Shown: in pieces, positions 23,111 to 36,280 of the stretch
How the letters are laid out: each line of letters opens with the position of its first letter
How positions within the stretch are numbered: position 1 is the stretch's first letter
NCBI RefSeq assembly: GCF_009914755.1
Contig: NC_060929.1
Length of the DNA stretch: 64,000 bases
Strand: one strand, 5' to 3'
From: the human T2T-CHM13v2.0 reference genome, Homo sapiens
Program-made: the position numbers and the translations under genes
The notes under the pieces: generated by a model
Told to the model about the DNA's origin: nothing
Databases searched by the model: none
The model's input: only the letters and a program-made list of their open reading frames with translations

Positions 23111-24779
23111 GAGCTGAGCCATTCACTCACACATTTATTTAACAAATACCTGCTGAGCATCTTCCAAGCCCATCAGGGCTCAGTGTTTCCAGCCACTTTC
23201 CCTGGATGTCCCTCCCCAGAACCTCTTACCAAACTGCCCTCGTCTGTCTACACACCTGCATTCTGAGTGCCCCTTCCCCTGCAGCCTTGTCCATTCCTAT
23301 TCCACCTGTGGAAATCCTAGGCCTCCGCCAAGGGCAGCTCCCCTCCTCCTCCTCTGTGAGGTTTTGCATCGATGTGGGAGCCTGGCCCTTGAGTTTCCCC
23401 ATGCCTTTCCTCTAGCCATCTTCCCATTCTGCTGGGCATCAGCATGGGTTATGGCCTGTCCTACATTCCCACTGATCGCATTTTGCTCCTCTCAATCTCA
23501 CCCGTGGTTCCAGGCACACCTCAGCTGTTCCAGAAAGATTTAGGAGTGAGTTGGCATGCCTTTGCATCAACCTGTAAATTAAGTAGGCAAAAGCAAACCT
23601 TAGTTTTGGAGAGTTAGCTAATTTGGCCCCTTGAGACAAGAGTGGTACATAATGATATAATTACCTTCCTCCTGCCAGGTTCACAGCCCCATCAACAGCC
23701 CCAGAAGGAACATGCTGCCTTTCCCTCATGACATGTCTCCATGATGCAGCTGACCTGCGTCCTCCCACTAAATGCAGTTGCTGCACAGCCTGCCCTCAGG
23801 CCCCACCCCAGGCCCCATTAGGACTGCCCCTCCCAGCCCATGAAAAATACTGTGCATTCAGGAACAGAACAATGATACATTTGCTATGAACATGGGGTCT
23901 GCCAGGCACCACACTCCACTGGTTTTTATCCTTGAAGGAATGAGTTCTGTTGAGCAATTTCTTGCTCAAAGATGGAATAATACATATGATCAAAAGCATT
24001 ATCTTCCAGCCCTGCCCTGCAACCTCATTCTCTGAGAAAATAGGTGACACACCACCCATGACATCCCAGAGTTCGTGTGTCCCCAAAGCTTGCTTCATCC
24101 ATGCACATCCATGTAGAAATTAACATAAAAACAACATCCTTGTTTCCGTCACTCTGTCTGACTGTCACTGACTTTAGCTCCTGCTCCTAGCAGGGGTCTG
24201 AGGGCACCGAGGTTAGGTGGGGAAGGCGAGGCCTATGTTGTAATCACATTTCCTCTCCTTTTGCTCATCTTCCCAGAGGAGAATGCAGTGGAAGTCATGG
24301 AAAGTCGAAGGAGAGGAATTATATTAAATGAGACATCCCTCCTCAAGTCAGCAGTGATCCCATGGCCCAAAGCAGCAATCCAAGTTTTATTTGCTCATAA
24401 ACATTAATGGGACCAAACCTCATGGAAAGGAACAGGAAAAGCCAAATGGCAGAGAGCACAATGATGCTGTAAAACTCGGGCTCAGAGCAGGAGGGGAAAG
24501 GTCAGAGCTCTGGGGAAAAGGGCGTTCAGAATCTCCCCTTCACAGAGGGACTGTCCTTGCTGGCTCTGGCGGGTAGATCTGGGCAGGTTTTTTAATTCCT
24601 TGGAATTCTATAAGTGCTTTTCTTGGAGAGGAAGAAAAAACTTAAAATACACGGTGTGCTTTTAATGGCCAACCTCTGCCAAAGAGCAGTGACAACTGAG
24701 GCCCACCCCTCAGGCTCTACATCCCTGACCAGCTGAGACCTGGGGAGGGACCACCCTCTTGGTGCAGGGACAGGACATC

Positions 24780-24960
24780 CTAACAGAATAGACAGATCCC
24801 AATCCCAGTCTCTGCCCTGTTAGTGACAACCAAAATGATTTTAGGTAAACTCATACAACTGCTCTCAGTCTCTGCTTTGTTATCCCCGCCATGGGCACAT
24901 CCCCTCTGCCTGCTGCTGGGGCTTAGAGCTGGTGCAAAGCACCATGTGAGCAATGAAGGT
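24780..24960 (+). mobile_element. MIR
   Basis: gacagatcccaatcccagtctctgcc...ctctcagtctctgctttgttatc. Confidence 0.55.
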
Positions 24961-24999
24961 GCTCCCAGGCACCCTGCTGAGCTCCCGCCCACACCAACT

Positions 25000-25170
25000 C
25001 ATTTGAGCCTTTCAGCAACCCTGTGAGATAGGCACTACGTTCCCCATTTTACAGATTAGAAACTGAGGCTCAGAGGACCTAAGTCCCTGGTTCAAGGTCT
25101 CACAGCTGGAACATGGCAGCGCCAGGACTAGAACTCAGGTCTGTGTCAGGAGTTCGTGTTTTTCAGCCAG
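25000..25170 (-). mobile_element. MIR
   Basis: caaccctgtgagataggc...ccccattttacagattagaaactgaggctcagag. Confidence 0.85.
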
Positions 25171-27715
25171 AAGCTACCTGACCTGATTCCACACTGCGGC
25201 AGCCCAAGACTAGCACACAGCAGCTGCTTAAGCAAAGCCTGCTGAACTTTGCTGAATTGATGCCCACTCCCGCGGTCTCACATCTCGCGGCAACCCCTCA
25301 GGGTCAGCACCACCTCCTCCCCTGGCCCTACTAGAAGCAGCCCCGGGTTTGTTTCTCCCTCTCTGATTTGGAGGGAACCACAGGAGCATGGAGGCCATTT
25401 CTGACCCTCCAGCTCTGTATTCAGGTTTTAACTTAGAGGGAGGAAAAGAGAACGTATTTTCTTTCCCAATTTCCTCTCTCATTTGAATATTGAATTCTGT
25501 GGGATTTGTAGACGCCCAGTTTCCTGGAGGAATTCCCTGAGAAGCCATCTGCTTGTGTGCTTCTGAGACTCCTTGGCAAATGAAAATGTAGGAGGCTAAT
25601 CAATCATCCTGGGGAGCCGCTTGCCCTTTCCTGGGAGATGGGTGTGTATGCACGCCCTTGAACATGGGGCTGCACCTCTGGAGCTCCGGGCTCTGCAGAT
25701 GCACTGCCATTCTGGGCTGATCTCTGACTTGGGCCAGGTCTATCCAACCCAGAGGCCAAGGCAGTGACAAGGCCAAGAGAGAGGGCCAGGATAGCTTTTA
25801 GAAGGGCTCATGCTTTGGGTCAGAAATGCCAGGGGGCCACCACTGTGTGTTTGCCCACAGCAGACCCCACCACGGTTACAGACAGCGATGCAGACATAAC
25901 ACTACAAGCATATCCATCAGGAGTCAAGTCATGGGGCTGTCCCCAGGAAATCAGCTCATTAGTGTGGCTGACCAAGGCCATGCTGGCCCTTAGAGGTGGC
26001 TGCTCCAGCTCCAGCAGCGACTCTATGGGCAGGAAAGCCTGGGTTCTGTTCAACCCACAGCAGACCACACTCAGGTGGGCCCTGTAAGTGAGCCCTTTCT
26101 TCCAAAATGGCCACTGGATCCAATTTCTCTCACTGGGAATCAAGGCAGCATTGGTAGGTAACAAATGTGTGAACAGACAAACCAGCTTCTGAGTAGAATC
26201 CTATTACATAAAACCTGACAAGCTGCAGAGGGCATCTGGTCACCCATGTAGTTCTATCAGTGGGCAAATCCAAGCACTCTGGAGAGGGACAAGTACTTGC
26301 CTAATGACTGCAAGACTCCCAACCCAGCACTGTATCCAAGCACACACCACAACCATGTCCTCCCAGACTCCTGGTCAGCAGTGCCCACCTTTTGCAGCTA
26401 GCAGGCAGAAGACGGGGGGAAGATCCATCACCAGCCACCCTTGAGCCATTCCTGGACCTCTCAAGGAAGCTCCACCTCTGAAGTGATTCCTCTTTCCCAC
26501 TGGCCCTTCAACTCCTCCCTCTAAGCCTGGGGGGTTTTCTGTCACATGTCCAGGCTGCTCCTGGTGCCTTGACAAAAAGGTTTTCAAAACCAGAAGAATT
26601 TCTTTCAATATTTCATCATTATATGCAAAACAAGGCAGTCAGAACAGCCCGGAGCCTAAGCAGCTGCAGGTGATTGGGGATGGGACAGATGGAGAGTTTC
26701 TGCACACATCCTGTCCCCTGCAGAGCTTCCTGGCCCCAGGTGAGCTTTATTTGGCCGTGAAGCTGAATGTACAGGCTGGCTATAGGGCCAAATGCTCCGA
26801 TTGAAGCAGGAAGCAATCCGTCTGCAAACTCAGGCCGGCAAGGGGATAGTGGGGTGGTGCAGAGTGAGCAAATGCGCCTGCGCCCTGCAAGCTCAGGGGA
26901 GGCCACAGCAAGCCAGAGAATAAATGCCCTGCCTCATGTTCACTGTGGAAGGAGATTTCAAGCTTGTAAGTCCACAAGGCTGTTAGCATGAGAATATAAA
27001 GTCATCAGAGTGCCCCAAGGTGTGCATGTCAACTTTCACAGCCTTTCTATGACAAAAGGGATCTGTGATCAAATAAGTTTAGGAAACACAGGATTTAAAA
27101 AAAGTTTAACAGGTTTCTTTAGCAGAAGGACTTCGGAAAGCTTTGGAATGCTGATTTTCATTGGGAATCTTCAAGAAGGAAGCACAGAATGGGACTTTTC
27201 CAGGATTATTCAGTTGGCCGTAGGCAGCATTAACAGAGCATCTTAGAAGACTCTACCGCCATAAGGCCTTCTGAAATGGAGTGAAATCTTTTCTAAGGAA
27301 GTTCTGGAGAAAGACACAAGTGCTCACAGGAGCCGAGTCTCTGTGGTTTTGGGTAACATGGCCTCCTCTTCCATGCAGCCTAAATTCCCCATCTGGGAAC
27401 CTCCAATGAGTAAGGGAAGCACCATGCCCAAAGCTTGGAGCCCAAGTGGACATTTAGAGTGTGAATCCAGGCCTGCGTGGGGAGGAGGTCACCTGGAGTC
27501 CACGGGGTCTCCCAAGCCCTGAAGACCCTGGCCCCTTGCTCAGTGTCCAACGTCCCTGCCCTGCACTTCCACCCTCTTTTCTCCCCTGGTCAGTAGTCCT
27601 TCTGCTCTTCTTACCAGCCCCCCTCCCACTCCTCCAACCACTTTCCCATGTGCTCCTTATACAGCTGTCCCTCAGATAAGGACATAAGTCTTATTTGAAA
27701 CGACAGAGAAATCTG

Positions 27716-28468
27716 TGCTACTGGAATGGGAGAGTTCCCTGAACCCCCACGCAGGACATGCGACAGGGGTGTAGCTCACCTGTTCAGTCACCGCTGCTGC
27801 TCAAATCCCTTATGGGAGGGGGAGCACACAGGCAGACCAGGTGCAGGAGCCCAGGTGGACTTGTGTTACAGTATGCCCTTTCAGCCTTGCTGTCTGCGGA
27901 CAGCTTGACTGTCAACCAGCTCAGTGGGCCCTCTGCCTTTCTGCAAGGGCAGAGGGCCAGTGTGACAGCTTCCTGTATCCCGAGCTCTGGTCCAGCATCC
28001 CAGAAAAATCAGGCCACACACAGACTCGAAGGATGAATGCAGGAGTTGTATTGAGTGGTGGAGGTGGCTCTCAGAGGGATGGATGAGGAGCCAGAAGTGG
28101 GGGATGGAATGGGAAGATGATCTTCCCCTGGAGCATGACTGTCCAGCAGCCAAATCCCTCTCCGACCACCCCCAACCAAACTCCCCTTGGCGTTCAGACA
28201 TTCCTCCTCTTCTTTCTCTGCCGCGTCATTCCGCTGTTCTGCCATCTGTCTGTCTGCTTGTCTCATCTCCTCACCTACTCTGGAGCCTGTGATTCAGGGC
28301 TTATATGGGATACAGGATAGGGGGCATGGTGGGCCAAACGGCAACTTTTTGGGGATGAAAACAGGCATGGCTGTTCCCATTTAGGGCCTCGGGTATCCAG
28401 GCTTGAAGGTGAGGCCTTTGCCAGGGAATCGCCCTGGGTAGAAGTGTTTCCGCCTCCTGTCTGTGTCA
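27716..28468 (-). mobile_element. ERV1 solo LTR (LTR1 family)
   Basis: Reverse complement starts tgacacagacaggagg...ggcaaaggcctcaccttcaagcctggatacccgaggccctaaatgggaacag, as in LTR1; TG...CA ends. Confidence 0.85.
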
Positions 28469-28596
28469 CTGCCAGATTCACCAAGTCAAAAAGTGTTATG
28501 AAATCTTGGAGATGAACAGTGCCCATCCTTGGCTCCACTGAAGAGTAGACTGCATTGAGCCCAGGAATCCTCAGTCCCCTTTACCACCCTTCCTCT

Positions 28597-29263
28597 TGTT
28601 AATGGAAAAAACAAACTCTGTAAAATATTTTAAAGAGATTTATTCTGAGCCAATATGAGTGACCATGGCCTGGCAAAATACAATCCCCAGAGGTCCTGAC
28701 AAAGGGCACCCCAGGCAGTCAGATTCCAGTTTGGTTTTATACATTTTAGGGAGGCAGGAGTTACAGGCAAAGACATAAATCAATACATGGAAGGTAGACA
28801 TTGATTGGCCTGAAAAGGCAGGATGTCTTGAAGCAGGGGCTTCCAAGTTTAGGTGGATTCATGGATTCTTTAACTTGTAGTTGGTTAAAGGAGCAAGGCT
28901 CTGTCTAAAATTTGGAGTCAGCAGAAAGGAATGTTTTGAATTAAGATAAGGATGCTATGTAGTAAGACTGATGACCTGCAGGGTTGACTTAATCCTTGCC
29001 TTACATGGCCTTAGATGTTGTTTAAAATTTGGCATTATTGCCACAAAGGCTCTGTTCCATCTGTCTTAGGATCTCTATTTTAGCATTAATGCTGGTCAGT
29101 TGTGCCTAAACTCCAAAAGAGAGGGGGTATAACCAGGCATGTCCAGCTTCCCTTCCCGTCATGGCCAATAACTCAGATTTTCAGATTTCTCTGGGGTCCT
29201 CTTGGCCAAGAGGGGGTCCGTTCAGTCATTTGGGGGTGCTTAGGATTCCATTTTTAATTTACA
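28597..29263 (-). mobile_element. ERV1 solo LTR (MER4 family)
   Basis: aagagatttattctgagccaatatgagtgacca; ggttttatacattttagggag; ttggccaagagggggtccgttcagt; TG...CA ends; near-TSD CTCT/GTCT. Confidence 0.88.
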
Positions 29264-30479
29264 GTCTTCTCAGTTCTCCGTAGGAGTCCAACTCAACCTC
29301 CTCCTTCCCCAGGACTGGGGTACCTTATCTGCATCTTCCATCATCAAATGCCCCTTGCTTCAAAGACCCATCTCATACCCTGAGCAGCGCTTTGCTTCCC
29401 AAACATGCCCTGAGGTCAACCAGTCCCGCCGCAGGGGACCCAGCCAACCTCCTGCTTCAAGTCTCAAGTCAGTCTGCTCTAAAAACAACCTCGTGGCCCC
29501 AGAGCACAGCCACGAAAACCCAGATATGCTAAACTTCTCCCCACCCCCACAAACACACACACACACACCATTGTGCAAGGACAACACTGGCCCACAGGCT
29601 CTTCCTTCACACAAGAGTCCAGCAACACCTATAGCTGAGCCAAAGCAAGTGCAACTTGGCTCATTCCAATCCTATGTGGCCCTCCGCTCATCTGTGAGCA
29701 CGGGCCCATCCCAGACCCTACTGCTCAGCATATTTGCTTTTTCTCAGGTGATTTTCTCCTTCTGAGGTTTCTTCCCCTCAGGCCAAAAATAAGTAAAAAT
29801 AAAATTTTAAATCATACATTTTGAGTTTCCAGAAGATGGGTTCTAGAGGTTTGGAATGTTATAATCCTTGAAATTCAGCTACTTCAGCCATCTCGCCTCC
29901 CAGAGGAGCAAACTCAGGGTGAGAGGGATGAAGGGAGCTGTGATTCTCAGAGGGAGGTCTGTACAGGGAAGTTTTTTTAAAAAATGCCAGATTTTATCAT
30001 TGTGGACAAATGAACTCTTCTCATATATTTGTTTCCTGGACATGGTTTTATGTTAGCTAAGCTATAAGACTAGATTTAGAAAAAAAAACTTAAAAAAAAA
30101 AAAGACACCAAACTGCATTTAACTAAGGGAGAGCTGAAACAGAAACAAGGGACGCCATGTACAGGTACTGGGCTCCCGCTTCTCTCCCAGTCAATCCTCA
30201 TGCACAGGGCTCTGACCTAGACAACCTCACGACATCCTGCGGTGGCCATACCCAGCCATAACAGAGAACATCAAGGGACAACCGAAATCTTAGAAAGCCT
30301 CTCGTCCCCGCTCAGTTCTGTGGGCTCCTACAGCCCTGTACTCCCCAAACCCATCACCCCCATGCCTACCAAGTAGCTGTCGGTTCTGTCTGCCTCCCCC
30401 ACCCTGAAGGCACAGACCTTAGTCATTGTATCCCCAGCCTCCTACGGTGGGCCTAGGACACATTAATTAATTTATTAAT

Positions 30480-30675
30480 GGAGGCAGGGGAGGGAGAGAG
30501 AAAGGGAAGGAGAGGATAAGGAAGGGAGGGAGGGAGGGAGGAAGGGAGGGAGGGAGGGAGGAAGGGAGGGAGAGAGAGGGGAAGGGAAGGAATTAGAGGG
30601 GAGGAGAGAGGGAGGAAGGTAGAGAGGAAAGGAGGTGGGGAGGAAAGGAAAGAAGGAGGGAAGGCAGGGAGAAAG
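30480..30675. repeat. Polypurine (GGGA/GGAA)n low-complexity tract
   Basis: About 195 bp almost entirely G/A, core gggagggagggagggaggaagggaggg. Confidence 0.95.
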
Positions 30676-31905
30676 AATCTAGCCAGCCACCCCTGACTGG
30701 CGAGACACCAGCTTCCCTGGGTTCCACGTGCCCCTCTTCCCCTGGGCATGTAAGCTAATGTTCACAGGTCTTCTAACACTGGGATCTTCCCAGCACCCCG
30801 TGGGCACCAGGCCCAGAGATGAAACCTAGTGGGGGAGTCAACACCAGGGGTGAGCCATCCCTGCAGACCTTTCTGGTCTGGCACTCTGAAAATGGCCCAC
30901 TGTGACCAGCACCCATTCAAGCTAGTTTCAGCAGAAAAGAACTTATGAGGTCACTAAAGCATCCCACGGTGCTCAGAGACTCAGGAAAATTCTAGAACTG
31001 AAGATGGGTTAAGCCACAGACACTGCTTCTCATCTCCATACCTCCGAGCTCCTGACAGGTGAGCCACTCTGCCCTTCCAGAAGTCCACCTGTCTGCAACC
31101 CCACGCTAGGTACAGGGCTCTGAGGCAGGCCCTGGGAGCCCACTCAGACTCAGAGACATGGGGTACCTGTGGCTGGCAGCCACAACGTCTCTCCTCCTAC
31201 CCTGCCCCCAGCAGGAGATGGTTGTGTGCTATCTGCAAATTCTTACCCATCTCATCTCTCTCCCAGGCTGCAGCTGGTAACGCCTCCCCCTCCTGGCCCA
31301 GCTTGCCTAGCTGCCCTCACCTTGACAACCACAGAAAAGCCAAAGACTGCACACATGTGCACCACACTATTTATCCTCCTGCCTGTGTTTGCTACAGTAG
31401 CCCCACAAAAAACATAACAAGGCCACAACAGAGATGCGACACGTGCCATGTACCAACTCCCCACACTTCTCAAGGAGGAAAGGCACCTGGTGATGTTCTG
31501 CAGTTCATCCCCTGCAGCACCTGAGCACCCTTCTCTCTCAGCATACATCCCTGCCTGCTGGAGGAAAGCCAGGGACCTGCACGAAACATCAGCACGCGGC
31601 GTCCCAGCCCATGCAGTTGTCATGGACAACAGGAGTTCAGAGGAAAGTGTGGGGCATGTAGACCATATGGGCTGCAGGAATTCAGATAGCTATCAGAGTC
31701 CAGGATGATTTAGGGAAAGGAGTTTACAAAACAGGCTTATTTTGGAAAGGTTGGTGCTGAGAAGCAGTCCTTCCAAATATTGGGGGGCAGTCAAAGCAAG
31801 GGCAAAGAGATGCAGATGGGATAGAGACAGTACTCAGGGAGGGGACAGGGAGGAACCACCTTCCTGGCCAAGGCTGGTGAGGCAGTCTTGCACCAAGGTT
31901 TAGGG

Positions 31906-32112
31906 CAGGGGTATCCAATCTTTTGGCTTCCATAGGCGACATTGGAAGAAGAAAAATTGTCTTGGGCCACACATAAAACACACTAACACTAACGATAGCT
32001 GATGAGCTTTAAAAAAGGTCGGTGCATAAATGTCATAATGTTTTGAGAAAGTTTATGAATTTGTGTTGGGCTGCATTCAAAGCCATCCTGGGCCACAGGT
32101 TGGACAAGCTTT
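31906..32112 (+). mobile_element. MER30 (hAT-Charlie MITE)
   Basis: caggggtatccaatcttttggcttcc...ggttggacaagctt; degenerate 8-bp TSD GTTTAGGG / GCTTAAGG. Confidence 0.92.
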
Positions 32113-32729
32113 GCTTAAGGGGAACAGGGACCAACCGCTTCCTCCTCCCACTGCCCTGCAAGCTGGCATTTTCTCCTTCCCCTCCCCCTGCAAATGACCA
32201 ACTTTCTCAAAATAACTACTTTGCAGCCCTTTCTTGAGGGGCTTTTAATGGCTTTTGAAATATAAGCCCGGAGCTACAAATGCTGCCTGGCCAATTTACT
32301 CGAATGCTTCACCTCCCCAGACATTTTTTCTAAAATGACTTTCCTTCTTCCACCACAAACAGAGCCTTTGGAGCAATGTGCCTTTTAGTCAACAATTATA
32401 AGAAGTTTTAGAAGTCACTTTTAAAAGGCTGTCATGGCAAAGCTGCTCAGCTATATCTCTATTCCTGAGGGACTGCCTGGTGGTGGCAGGAAGCAGGCAC
32501 CGGTGGGAGGTGGGGAGGTGGGGAGGTGGGGAGCAGCCTTCATCCATCACGCTGCCACGACAGGCCCTGGCACCCAGGGGTCCTCGAAGTACACATCTGC
32601 AGCCCGGCAGCACTGGCATGATTTATCGCAGGCAGGTTGTCGCCTTCACCTGGTCGGGTTTCTCCGTTTTCTGGTTGCTTCTCCTCTCACCGACCTCCAG
32701 ATATTTCTGTTCCTCGGGCCCCAGGCCTG

Positions 32730-33150
32730 GTCCATCCTGACCCCACACATTGGTGCCCACTGCTGCGACTTTGCTCACTGTCTCTGAACCAACAGCTTCC
32801 ATGCCTGTGTCTCCAGCCCAGACCCAGAGACCAACTGCTTTTCAGGCATCTCCTCAAACTCAATGCCGAAGAACACGTGTTTATTTCCTCCCAATCAGCT
32901 TCTTCCCAGCCTTCTGCACCTCAGCCAGTGGCACCACCATCTCCCCAGGCCACAAGCCTTGCCATCACCCTTCATTCCTCTCTCTCTCCACACCACCGTG
33001 TCCCAAACCAATTCCATCCATGAGACCAGTTGGCTTTACCTCTTAACCACATCCTGAATCTGACGCTCCGTACCACCTCTGCCGCTTCAGCCTCCTGTAG
33101 CAGCCACCATCTCTCACCTGCACAACAGCCTAGCCTCCTTTCTTTCTGCC
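32730..33150 (+). mobile_element. L2 fragment
   Basis: ctccagcccagacccagag...caggcatctcctcaaactcaa...ccaccatctctcacctg. Confidence 0.7.
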
Positions 33151-33499
33151 TCATGAAGCAGTTAGGGAGGCCATCCTGCAGTGAGCATAACCACAGCGGT
33201 GTCCCCGCCCCACTGCCAGCCAGGGCCTTGATGCGAGGGGTTCAGCCCAGGTGCAGTTAGGGGAACCCCTTCCTCCCCTCCAAGTTATCTGGGGCTGAAG
33301 AGACAAGAGGAGGCATGGGGGAGCCAGACAGTACCCATTCCTCTGATCCTCTCCACTGAGGGCTCTAGTGGGACAGAACCAAGTTCATACTCCCAGGCGA
33401 GCTGGAGGTGGCAAGTGGAGACCCTCAGTCATTGCCCCTTCCAGCCAGCAGCCCTGTGCTCTCTGGTCAGAGCCTGGGCATGCAAACACACCTCCCTGC

Positions 33500-33825
33500 T
33501 CCCTACTCCTTTCATCTCATCAAGATCCAAAATCCAGCCCATCCTTCCTCTCTCAGCCTACTGTGCCCTTCTCAAGGGAGCCTCCTGCCCCACAGACTAG
33601 GTCAGTCCTGAGCTATCTGAACACCTGTGCCTCTCCTTCAGAGCACTTAGCTCATTGCTGCTAAGTAATATGTTAACCAACTGGGTAATGTCTTTGGGTT
33701 GAACACTTGACTTCCCCGGTGGACTTTTAAACTCTGTAAGGGCCTGGACTGATTTTGTTTACAATTAATCTCCAGGGCCTGGCACACCGTAGGTTTTCAG
33801 TAAATATTGACCAAATCGATGCATA
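33500..33825 (+). mobile_element. L2 3' end fragment
   Basis: aaactctgtaagggcctggact...agggcctggcacaccgtaggttttcagtaaatattg. Confidence 0.7.
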
Positions 33826-34269
33826 ATTCTGCAATTCCTAAGGAGGAGGTTGATGGGAACTAAGGAATCAAGGAAAGAGGAGAGAGAGGGAATGTTTGGA
33901 TCACTCCTGGATGGGGTGTTTTCAACATAAAACCCATGCAGCTGAAAGGTCGTTATCTTCAGACACAGTATCCAGGGAAAAACCAAATATGACATTGAAA
34001 ATAAGCTCATGGCAAATACAACATCACTGAAGGAAGCAAGAACCTTTGTAATGCTCCAGGGAGGAGTCCAGCCGCCGTCATCCCCAGTCAGCCTGCAGGG
34101 CGCTGGCCAGCCTTACCAGAGCTGGGAAAGGGCCTGGCTGGACTCCCAGCTACACACATGTAAGATGATGCTGACAAAACTGAGGGCCTCACACGGCATT
34201 TGTTCTCTGCACAGAGGCACCATCATCCCAGCCCAAGCCTCTTCCTGTTCTATTTATTTCTGAAAATAG

Positions 34270-34795
34270 ATTGCTGTACCTGCAACTTTTATTCCTTTGG
34301 GGAACCATCCCTTCTGCTCTCCTTGTGGTCCTGTGGGACTACCAGTCACTGTTTCCCTCCTCTAGCCCCAGACTCTCACCACAGAGGTGGGCAGCTGTGC
34401 CCAGCTGAAAGAACTACAGTGCCACATCTCCCCAAACACAGTAACTGGTATAGGTGTACACAACTTAGCAAGGCGTCTCATTTCCAGGCGCATATACATA
34501 GGTGTGGAGAGGAGGCTTGCTTTCCACTGACTGCCAAGCTGGGGCCACGTAAGCCTGGAGTTGCTAGCAGCCATTTTCCCTGACTATATGAAGGAAGCCC
34601 ACCTGTAGTAGGGGAGAATTAGACTCACACATGAACAAACAATCAGATAGAGCAGAACCAAGAGAAGGAGGAGAGAGAAAGACCATCATTTGTGTTGCTG
34701 GATCTGACCTTACCTGAAGGCAAGCACCCCTGAATGTCTCACTTTGTGAGTCAAACAACCTTTTCAGCTTGAGGGGTTTGCCTGTTGTGTACAAT
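34270..34795 (+). mobile_element. ERVL solo LTR (LTR16-like)
   Basis: tttggggaaccatcccttc...gtaagcctggagttgctagcagccatttt...ctggatctgaccttacctgaag...gtgagtcaaac. Confidence 0.7.
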
Positions 34796-35359
34796 CAAGA
34801 ATACCAATGAATATAGCTTTCTTCCTGAGACACTCCCCCAGATTGACCCACATACCTGAGCAAACTCACCTCCTCCAACTCCATGCCAAGTGTCTAAGGT
34901 GTCTAAGATTATAGTCTGCATGTAAGAGCTGGCCAGGCAACAGTAAGCTAGAAGAAGGGAAATCACAGTTGGGCCCCGCCTCTATACTTCAACCCAACCC
35001 CCAGGGATATACCTCCCACTACAGGCTTTTGTTTCCCCACCTTAGGAAGCTTGGAATACAAGAGGCACAACTGTCATCTCCCCAAGTCCAAGAGCACCTC
35101 CTGGAGTCCCAGACCGTCTCTCCTCCCAAATGGGAAAAAGTCCTCTGCAAACCCACTATTCACCCCACCCTAAGTGGCAGAAACATGGGGGCAGAAGCAT
35201 GGTCTTTCTGGGTGGAGTAGGGATGCTCCTCTAAGTGGTACTCCCACCCACTCTTCATTTCTTCAAAAATTGTGTATTTAGTCCTTACCTTGTGCCAGGC
35301 ACTATGCTAGGCACTGGGGCTACAAAGACCCTCATGCCAAACTGTCTGTTGTCTACCTG

Positions 35360-35760
35360 GTATCAGTGAGCCTTCTTCTACACCCTCTTCCACATCCCAG
35401 GAGTCCCATATCTGCAGGGTTCCAATTAGAGTATACCAATGAGAGGCGCTCATGTGAGATTTGGAGGGCAGAAGAGAAAGAGAAGCCCTGATTTTCAGGT
35501 GGAAGCTATGAGCCAATGAGTTGAGGTTTCACCAATGGCCTCCAGGTTTCCTCTGCGAATCTCCTGCTTCAAGGCTGGAGGCAGTTGAAATCATCAGCTA
35601 GCTTCCCACAAGATGCTTACATTTCCAAATCCTGAATGTAGCCTTTCTGAATTTTGCTTCCCCCATCCCACCTCCAACAATTGGATAAGCCTCTAAATCC
35701 CTATATTCAATCCCTTTCTGCTCAAAATGCCTGGAAAGGTTCCTGTTCTCCATGCCCTAA
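35360..35760 (+). mobile_element. ERVL solo LTR (LTR40/LTR50-like)
   Basis: ccaatgagaggcgctcatgtgagatttggagggcagaag; taaatccctatattcaatccctttctgctcaaaatgcctgga. Confidence 0.6.
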
Positions 35761-36280
35761 AGGACCTTGGCCTTATCCTGGATAAAGGCAACAAGACCAA
35801 AGTCTCCCCACAGTGGCCCAAAGGAAAAGTTGGGTCTCTCCTGGCACTTTGGAGAAAAGCCTTGCCTGGCCACATTGTCCTCAGGGCCTGCCACGATACT
35901 GCATGGCTGATATAGTGCAGTGCCCACTACACCATAGCAAGTCAGCACAGCCAATGACTGTACAGTCACTGAAAACCCGGCAAACCCTTATAGGATCACA
36001 CCAAGCAAGGATAAGTGAACTTAACCTAGTGGGTATACTATGGCTGAAAACACACACACAGGGAGTAAAACTATATCTCTGACCCCTAAACATTGAAAAG
36101 GGCAGAATAGAACAAGCCATGAAACAGTCTGATTCCTTGTTAACTGATCTGCATGATACCCAGAAAGGGGTGCAGGGAAGTCATTTATGCCAGACCCAGT
36201 CACCCACTGTCACCTGTGTGGAGCCCTCCTTGGCTGGGGCTTCCACTCCCTTCCTGACTCTCAGAACTGCACATGTTGGG

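Noticed and set aside
24780-25170. Oppositely oriented MIR pair (also 62120-62620)
   Set aside because: Independent, highly diverged copies without the near-identity seen at 15873/17038.
27726-28538. Cluster of overlapping ORFs on both strands
   Set aside because: They lie essentially within the GC-rich LTR1 element.
30453-30749. Pro/Ser/Leu-rich ORF
   Set aside because: Translation of the polypyrimidine strand of a simple repeat.
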